Assembly: GCA_964551375.1 (NCBI GenBank)
Contig: CAZKBG010000001.1
Span: 120,001 to 152,000, forward strand
Direction: 5' to 3'
Source of the DNA: an uncultured archaeon
Lineage (GTDB): Archaea > Iainarchaeota > Iainarchaeia > Iainarchaeales > JAAZKV01
DNA length: 32,000 nt
Positions within the stretch are counted from its first letter, which is position 1, and every line of letters begins with the position of its first letter. The notes beneath the pieces were generated by a model. The model was not told the DNA's origin and ran no database searches. It saw only the letters and a program-made list of their open reading frames with translations. Of the stretch, positions 26,787-32,000 are shown piece by piece. Made by a program: the position numbers and the translations under genes.

Positions 26787-26799
26787 CTTTATAAACCTT
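26787..26799 (+). promoter_or_regulatory. promoter of the L1-P0-P1 operon (CTTTATAAACCTT)
   Basis: Same 13-mer on the plus strand, ~100 nt upstream of the L1 ATG and downstream of the L11 terminator. Confidence 0.7.
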
Positions 26800-26827
26800 T
26801 CAGTGTCATTTTTACTTAATATTGAAA

Positions 26828-26884
26828 GCCTAATTTTGTTAGGCCGCTTGTAATCCGCGAGGATTGCAGTTACCGCTTTGGCGG
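26828..26884 (+). promoter_or_regulatory. structured 5' leader of L1 operon (three consecutive hairpins); candidate L1 autoregulatory site
   Basis: H1 is GCCTAA/TTAGGC (26828-26844). H2 spans 26848-26869, 9 bp closed by a GCGA (GNRA) tetraloop. H3 is CCGC/GCGG (26873-26884). The SD GGTG at 26887-26890 follows immediately. Confidence 0.35.
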
Positions 26885-26896
26885 AAGGTGAATACG

Positions 26897-27562
26897 ATGA
26901 GAAAAGATCAAGCTTTAAGTGCGCTTAAGAGATTACACGAAATTGCGCCAAAAAGAAATTTTGCTCAATCAGTTGAGTTAATGATTAACTTCACTGGACT
27001 TGATATGAAGAAACCTCAAAACCAGGTTAATGTTAAAGTTGCACTTCCGTTCCCAACAGGAAAAGGAAGCGGAAAAGTTGTAGTATTTGCTAAAACAGAA
27101 GATTTTGCTAATTCACTTAAAAACAAAGTTGAAAAAGTTGTAATGGACAAGGAAATCGAAGCTCTTTCAAAAGACAGGGCAAAAGTAACAGAATTAATCG
27201 GCTATGACGGATTATTCGCTGAAGGCCCGGCAATGCTTACAGTTGCAAAATTCTTAGGACAGCAGTTAGCTCCTAAAGGAAAAATGCCAAAGCCAATCAT
27301 GAACGTTAACAGTTTTGACGAGACACTTGAAAAGGCAAGAACACAAGTTACTATTTCAAACAAGAAAGGAAAATTCATGCCGGTTGTTCACGCAGTTGTG
27401 GGCAGAGACGGAATGAAGGACGAAAATATTGCAGAAAACATGTACGCAATATACGAATCAGTAATGAACTCGCTTCCTCAGAAGAAGCAGAACATAAAGA
27501 ACATTTACGTAAAGATGACTATGAGTCCTCCGGTAAAAATCGGCGAAGGTGATGCTCAATGA
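26897..27562 (+). CDS. rpl1: ribosomal protein uL1
   Basis: NFAQSVELMINFTGLDMKKPQNQV...VHAVVGRDGM...IKNIYVKMTMSPPVKI. ATG 26897 is preceded by GAAGGTGAA; ORF-track TTG 26864 trimmed. Confidence 0.9.
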   Translation: MRKDQALSALKRLHEIAPKRNFAQSVELMINFTGLDMKKPQNQVNVKVALPFPTGKGSGKVVVFAKTEDFANSLKNKVEKVVMDKEIEALSKDRAKVTELIGYDGLFAEGPAMLTVAKFLGQQLAPKGKMPKPIMNVNSFDETLEKARTQVTISNKKGKFMPVVHAVVGRDGMKDENIAENMYAIYESVMNSLPQKKQNIKNIYVKMTMSPPVKIGEGDAQ

Positions 27563-28344
27563 CAAGCCACATCAGAAAATGGAAAGAAGCTAAGAAAGAA
27601 GAAATCACAAAATTAGCTAAGTCATACCCAGTAATTGCTGTAGCAACACTTGACGCTCTTCCTGCTAACATTGTTTCAATCTTAAGAAAGAGATTGCAGG
27701 GAAAAGCTGAAATGAGAGTTGCTAAAACCAGAGTAATTCAAAGAGCTTTCAAGGACGCAGGCGTTGACGCTACACTTGACCCATACATTACAAACAGCAT
27801 TTTAGTAATATTTTCAAAAATAAATCCTTTCGAACTATTTTCTTTTGTAAAAAAGAACAAGGGTTCAAGAGCGGCAATTGAAGGCGATATTGCTGATATT
27901 GACATATTAGTTCAGGCAGGAGACACAGGTCTTCCTCCAGGGCCAGCATTATCAACACTAAAAGCAGCTGGATTAAATGTTAAAGTTGCAGGCGCAACAA
28001 TAGCAATCGCAGCCGACAAAGTTGTTGCAAAGAAAGGAGAACCAATTAAGAAGGAAGTTGCTGATGTTTTAGGAAAATTAGCAATTAAGCCGGTAAAAGT
28101 TGGAATGAAAATGATTGGCGTTTACGATAAGAACGAAAAAATGTTCTATACAGCAGATGTATTAGATGTAGACGAAGAAGAATTGTTCAACAAATTCGTA
28201 CTTGCGCATGCGCAGGCAATGAACTTGGCAGTGAACGCGGTAATCTTCGAGCCAGAATCAACAGAAATGATTATTGTTAAAGCAGAGCGCGAAGCAAAAG
28301 CTGTTTCAAAAGCAGTGGACGCATCAGCTCCAGCGGGACAATAA
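27559..28344 (+). CDS. rplP0: ribosomal stalk protein uL10 (P0), unusually short
   Basis: YPVIAVATLDALPANIVSILRKRL, AGDTGLPPGPALSTLKAAG, LGKLAIKPVKVGMKMIGVY. Start overlaps the L1 stop (ATGA). Only 261 aa and lacks the conserved GLGALFG-type tail. Confidence 0.85.
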   Translation: MTSHIRKWKEAKKEEITKLAKSYPVIAVATLDALPANIVSILRKRLQGKAEMRVAKTRVIQRAFKDAGVDATLDPYITNSILVIFSKINPFELFSFVKKNKGSRAAIEGDIADIDILVQAGDTGLPPGPALSTLKAAGLNVKVAGATIAIAADKVVAKKGEPIKKEVADVLGKLAIKPVKVGMKMIGVYDKNEKMFYTADVLDVDEEELFNKFVLAHAQAMNLAVNAVIFEPESTEMIIVKAEREAKAVSKAVDASAPAGQ

Positions 28345-28371
28345 TTAAAGGATTATATTTGAGGTGAAGTT

Positions 28372-28668
28372 ATGCAGTACGTATACGCAGCTATGTTGCT
28401 TCATTCAGCAAAGAAAGAAATGACTGAAGTCAATGTTGAAGCAGTATTAAAGTCAGCTCACGTTGAATTTGACGTGGCAAAGGTAAAAGCAATGGTGGCT
28501 TCGTTGAAGAACATCAGTATAGATGAAGCAATAGCAAAAGCAGCAGTAGCTACAGTAGCAGCTCCATCAGCAGGCGCAAGTGCTCCGGTTGAAGAGAAGA
28601 AGGCTGAAGAAGACAATAAAAAGTCTGAAGAAGAAGCAGCTGCAGGCTTAGGCGCACTATTCGGATGA
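28372..28668 (+). CDS. rpl12: ribosomal stalk protein P1 (archaeal L12)
   Basis: [12 protein letters not shown]-terminus, Ala/Pro hinge, acidic stretch and the canonical C-terminus [20 protein letters not shown] lies upstream. Confidence 0.92.
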   Translation: MQYVYAAMLLHSAKKEMTEVNVEAVLKSAHVEFDVAKVKAMVASLKNISIDEAIAKAAVATVAAPSAGASAPVEEKKAEEDNKKSEEEAAAGLGALFG

Positions 28669-28749
28669 TGCCTTATAATTCAAATTCTACTTTTGAACTT
28701 GATCGCCGTAAAGGCGATTGAGTTTAATTACATCTACTACTTGCGTAAG

Positions 28750-28853
28750 CTCTGTTTAATAATTTTTTAATTCTGTTTACTAATTTTCAATTCTGCTTAA
28801 TCTAATTTCTAATTCTGCTTATCTAATTTTCAATTCTGCTTAATAATTCTTGC
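28750..28853. repeat. tandem array of a ~21-bp direct repeat (consensus AATTCTGCTTAATCTAATTTTC)
   Basis: AATTCTG recurs at 28769, 28789, 28811 and 28832 (periods 20, 22, 21). A degenerate copy sits on each side (28750-28768; 28845-28853). Confidence 0.85.
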
Positions 28854-29004
28854 ATTCATAAACTGCAAAGATTAAACTCTCATATTTTATATCAAATTTT
28901 TTGTTTTTATAATTAAAAGCTCAAATCATATGTATCACTTAATGTCGAAGTCGCTATCGCAAAATCATTTCCAAATAAAGTCCTTGTCCAAGATTATCCT
29001 CGTG

Positions 29005-29030
29005 AAAAGTAAGTCAATTGACTTACTTTT
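29005..29030. repeat. perfect 26-nt palindrome AAAAGTAAGTCAATTGACTTACTTTT
   Basis: Read directly: 13-nt arms with no spacer. Flanked by imperfect extensions GTG.../...GTTTCAC. Confidence 0.9.
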
Positions 29031-29101
29031 GTTTCACTTCTTGACGAAAAATCTTTTGCAGTTACTTAGTTTTACATAAGTATTTATAGGAGAAAACTTA
29101 C

Positions 29102-29266
29102 AAGCATTACTTGGAAGCAAATACATGTGAAAGTGGAAAGGCTTTCTAGAGAGAGTTAATGTGCATGATGCAAAGTATCATGCTGTGGCAGAGGAAGGGA
29201 AAACGTTCTCACCAACGTGTGGCGATTCCGAGGTTGTTTGTTGTTCCACTTCCTCTGCTTATGCTT
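29102..29266 (+). ncRNA. candidate structured RNA (unclassified) or structured leader of the Lon-like gene
   Basis: A TATA-like TTTATA at 29083-29088 lies ~20 nt upstream. Perfect 10-bp stem GCAGAGGAAG (29188-29197) / CTTCCTCTGC (29249-29258). 7-bp hairpin GCATGAT/ATCATGC (29163-29183). Closing pair AAGCAT/ATGCTT (29102-29107 / 29261-29266). T-rich tract 29266-29290. Locally GC-richer than its surroundings. Confidence 0.25.
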
Positions 29267-29348
29267 ATTCTAAATTTATTTTCACGTTTTAAAAAGTATT
29301 ATAAACACTAAAACCATCAATATTTCTTGTAAAATAGAAGTTGGGGTT

Positions 29349-31865
29349 ATGAGTAAACTTGCTAATAATTTTAATGCAAAACTGATTAAGAACGCGAAGT
29401 TTTTGCTTGTAATTTTTGTATTATTCTTATTAATTTCGCCAGTTTTCGCAATGCTCTCAAGCGGAAATGTAAAGATTTTCGCAGTTACTGAAGAGCGAAA
29501 AGGAATGGCAGCAGAACTTTACATGACGACAATCCCGGGAACTGGAAAATCAGCATTTATTACATCAAATTCGCTTGTTGGAAAAGATACCCAAACAACT
29601 GGAAATATTGCGCTTCAAATAGCCCAGCAAATTACAGGGCAATCCATATCTGACCGTGATATTATTTTTGATATCCGCGCAAATGCCACAGAAGTTGACG
29701 GGCCATCCGCAGGCGCAGCAATGACTTTGCTTTCTTATTCTCTTCTTGCAGAACGCCCTCTTCCAAATAATATTGCAATAACAGGAACTATTACTGATGA
29801 AGGATATGTTGGAATGGTTGGGGGAGTTGGTCCTAAAGCACAGGCGGCTTCAAAAGCGGGCGTAAAATTATTCATGATTCCAATGGGCGAGGCTATAACC
29901 GATTTAATGGATGACGGAAGCTTTGAAACAGTTAATCTGCTTGAATACGCCCCAAGAAAACTTGATATGAAAGTAGTTGAAGTTGCTGATATAAACACAG
30001 CAATTGAATACGCTTACAAAGACATTGATTCAATAGTGGTTGATTATAATGGCTCAACACAAGTATTCATTCCAAATTCAATAAGCTATGACGACTCTCT
30101 AATTCCAATGAAAAGCATTTCACAAAAATACATTGATGATGCAAAAACCGCTGTTGATGAAGCAAAGAAAGCGCTTGAACAAAGCACTCTTCCTGAAACA
30201 ATTCTGGGCGATTTTTATCAAAGTTATGCCTCAACAAAACGCGGAGTTGAAATGGCTCAGAGATTCCACGACCAAAATTATCTTTATTCAGCAGCAAATT
30301 ATGCGTTTAATGCAAGAGTATTAGCAGGAACTATAAAAGAAATAGCTGATAATCCTTCCCTGTTGTTAAGCGATTCTGTTTTGCTTCAATCAAAAATATC
30401 CGTTCTTAGAAAAGAAATAGACTCTATAAAGCAAAAAGCAGCATATATTCCGCTTGACTCATTTGAATGGGTAATAGGCGCGCAGCAGAGAATTGCTTAT
30501 GCTGATCATGCGCTTTTAAAAATTGAAAACACTGAAGTAGTAACAATTGACGCGCCTAACGCTTCAACTGACCAGAAGCAGAAAGCCGAACAGGCAATAA
30601 TGTACGGGCAGGTTTATGATTATGTTTCAGCAGAAGCATGGACAAGCGTTGCGCAGGACTTTTTAAAATTAGCCCAAAAAAGCAAGCAGAAAAAGATTCC
30701 AGTTTATACAAAAGATTTTGTGACAATGGTTTCTAATGAAATAATAAAAGCAGACACTCTTATTGCTGATTCAAATATCTCGCAGGCTTCACTTGCAGAA
30801 GCAAAGAGAAGATTGAGCTCGGCAAAGTATTCATTTGACAATAATTTTATTTTTGCCGCGCTTTATGACTCCTACTTTGCGCAGTCATTTGTAGAATCCG
30901 AGCTTGACAGACAAAACATGGATGTTGATGTATTATTCAATTCAGTAGAAACTGATATTAACAGAGGGACATCAAGCGACTCAATTTGGGCAAATATGTT
31001 CTTTGACCACGCAAAGTTTTATTATGAAAATGCGGTTTTTAATAAAAAACTTGACCGAAAGGACGAGGTAGCTCAAAGCCTTGAAACAAGCTATGACTTG
31101 ATTTATTTAAGCAAGAAATTAAACAAAGCAAAAACTGCTGTCGAGGAATATGTTGCATTTACCCAAATGACTCCTTTTGTTGACACCGAGCCAGTTGTTG
31201 AAATTAAATATACAAAAAAGCCTGCAGATAATTTTGTTTATCTTGGAACAGTAATGCTGGTGTTAGCGCTACTACTTGTAGTAATAATAATTGTAATAGG
31301 AGTGCTTGTGAAATCAAAAAGGCCAAGCTTTTCTTACATTGGGGATTCAAGGCGCGAGAAATTAAAAGTTGTATTAAACAATCTTGAATCCGCTCTCACT
31401 CAGAAAAAGATTTCAGATGCTGAATATTTCTTTATGAAAAAGCAGTACGAAAAAGAGCTTCAGCACAAAAATTTAGTAGGCGAGCAGAGAAAACGCTTGA
31501 ATTTAAGCATTGATGATTTGAGAGCAAAGCAGAGAGCGCTTGAAAGAGGATTAATTGACTTAAGAAGGCACCACAAAGACGGATTAATACTTCCTGAAGA
31601 CTTTGAAAGAAATTACAAGCAGGCGCAGGATGAAATTCACGAGATTAGGGATGAAATTAAGATTACCCAGCGCGAAAAAATTGCAGCAGGAAGGGAAAAA
31701 TCTCCCATAACTGGATTTTTCAAGAAACTTTCAAAAAAAGAGCCGAAATTAAAAGGCACTGAAGAAATTGCTCATGAAGAGGCGGAAGAAGAGACAAAGG
31801 AAAGGGCAAAGAGAAAAAAAATGATTAGAAGATTTGCTTACAGAAACGGCAAGCAGAAAAAATAA
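29349..31865 (+). CDS. membrane-anchored Lon-type (MEROPS S16) protease-domain protein without ATPase module
   Basis: N-terminal anchor FLLVIFVLFLLISPVFA. Lon proteolytic domain with EVDGPSAGAAM (Ser120) and GGVGPKAQAA (Lys163). This is followed by a ~450-aa helical region, a second TM (YLGTVMLVLALLLVVIIIVIGVLV) and a ~190-aa charged tail. Confidence 0.8.
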   Translation: MSKLANNFNAKLIKNAKFLLVIFVLFLLISPVFAMLSSGNVKIFAVTEERKGMAAELYMTTIPGTGKSAFITSNSLVGKDTQTTGNIALQIAQQITGQSISDRDIIFDIRANATEVDGPSAGAAMTLLSYSLLAERPLPNNIAITGTITDEGYVGMVGGVGPKAQAASKAGVKLFMIPMGEAITDLMDDGSFETVNLLEYAPRKLDMKVVEVADINTAIEYAYKDIDSIVVDYNGSTQVFIPNSISYDDSLIPMKSISQKYIDDAKTAVDEAKKALEQSTLPETILGDFYQSYASTKRGVEMAQRFHDQNYLYSAANYAFNARVLAGTIKEIADNPSLLLSDSVLLQSKISVLRKEIDSIKQKAAYIPLDSFEWVIGAQQRIAYADHALLKIENTEVVTIDAPNASTDQKQKAEQAIMYGQVYDYVSAEAWTSVAQDFLKLAQKSKQKKIPVYTKDFVTMVSNEIIKADTLIADSNISQASLAEAKRRLSSAKYSFDNNFIFAALYDSYFAQSFVESELDRQNMDVDVLFNSVETDINRGTSSDSIWANMFFDHAKFYYENAVFNKKLDRKDEVAQSLETSYDLIYLSKKLNKAKTAVEEYVAFTQMTPFVDTEPVVEIKYTKKPADNFVYLGTVMLVLALLLVVIIIVIGVLVKSKRPSFSYIGDSRREKLKVVLNNLESALTQKKISDAEYFFMKKQYEKELQHKNLVGEQRKRLNLSIDDLRAKQRALERGLIDLRRHHKDGLILPEDFERNYKQAQDEIHEIRDEIKITQREKIAAGREKSPITGFFKKLSKKEPKLKGTEEIAHEEAEEETKERAKRKKMIRRFAYRNGKQKK

Positions 31866-31910
31866 TAATTAATAAATTCTATTGGTAAAATTTGGCGATT
31901 TGTTAAATGT

Positions 31911-32000
31911 TTAAGATGCTTCTTCTTCATTATCGCTCAAATCTTCCACTGTTACATTTGATTTAGCGTGTTTTATTTCTTCATCAGCATCGCTTTTTAA
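31911..32000 (-). CDS. possible 3' end of a minus-strand gene running out of the window (acidic C-terminus)
   Basis: Minus-strand frame is open for all 29 codons to the window edge (…KSDADEEIKHAKSNVTVEDLSDNEEEAS*). Too short to judge. Confidence 0.25.
   Translation of the reverse strand, partial: LKSDADEEIKHAKSNVTVEDLSDNEEEAS

Noticed and set aside
704-26896. N-terminal extensions in the ORF track (starts at 704, 1597, 2535, 7449, 13104, 14010, 17248, 25235, 25539, 26178, 26864)
   Set aside because: The upstream starts are mostly TTG/GTG codons (a few ATG) overlapping the preceding gene or the leader. In each case an internal ATG with a GGTG-type SD 4-9 nt upstream, or a start matching the family's usual N-terminus, gives the better model.
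28750-28853. Possible CRISPR array
   Set aside because: The repeats are directly adjacent with a 20-22 bp period and no unique spacers. They are AT-rich and non-palindromic, and no cas genes are nearby.
28942-29079. 45-aa plus-strand ORF spanning the 26-nt palindrome
   Set aside because: No SD or promoter, the composition resembles the surrounding AT-rich non-coding DNA, and it is interrupted conceptually by the palindrome. Kept only as a remote alternative.
1-32000. Looked for tRNAs, mobile elements, integrases, toxin-antitoxin pairs and known defence genes
   Set aside because: I found no T-loop-like GTTCRAATC with matching acceptor stems, no transposase/integrase-like translations, no terminal inverted repeats flanking gene blocks, and no compositional break suggestive of an island.

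Overview
AT-rich, very tightly packed archaeal chromosomal window. Archaeal hallmarks read from the translations: TBP, Spt5, RpoF, eL21, the P0/P1 stalk, AglB/STT3 and an archaeal-type TyrRS. GGTG-type Shine-Dalgarno motifs precede many starts, and TTTATAAA TATA boxes sit about 25 nt upstream of transcription units. Compactness, low GC and gene content suggest a small-genome uncultivated archaeon (DPANN-like); this is inference only, no phylogeny was computed. Layout: (i) 1-11641 is an 11-gene sugar-nucleotide / N-glycosylation cluster (DegT aminotransferase, rfbA, rfbB, four glycosyltransferases, UDP-GlcNAc 2-epimerase, AglH-like phosphotransferase, methyltransferase, AglB with a His-rich N-terminus). 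(ii) 11858-23475 holds housekeeping genes: Endo IV-like protein, ferredoxin, a stand-alone 5S rRNA, TBP, a three-gene membrane operon, an orphan 203-aa protein, the conserved L21e-rpoF-DUF655-ksgA block, AMP phosphorylase, TyrRS, dCMP deaminase and ribose-1,5-bisphosphate isomerase. (iii) 23598-28668 is the conserved ftsZ-secE-spt5-L11 and L1-P0-P1 neighbourhood. (iv) 28669-29348 is a 680-bp non-coding island, by far the longest gap in the window, with a roughly 21-bp tandem repeat array, a perfect 26-nt palindrome and a GC-richer segment with strong secondary-structure potential. (v) 29349-31865 encodes an 838-aa membrane-anchored Lon-type (S16) protease domain protein with no ATPase module. 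I saw no CRISPR array, transposase, integrase, recognisable defence system or tRNA. The best candidates for something undescribed are the non-coding island, the ATPase-less Lon-like protein, the His-rich AglB extension and a truncated P0 stalk protein. All functional calls come from reading motifs by eye; no database search was run.
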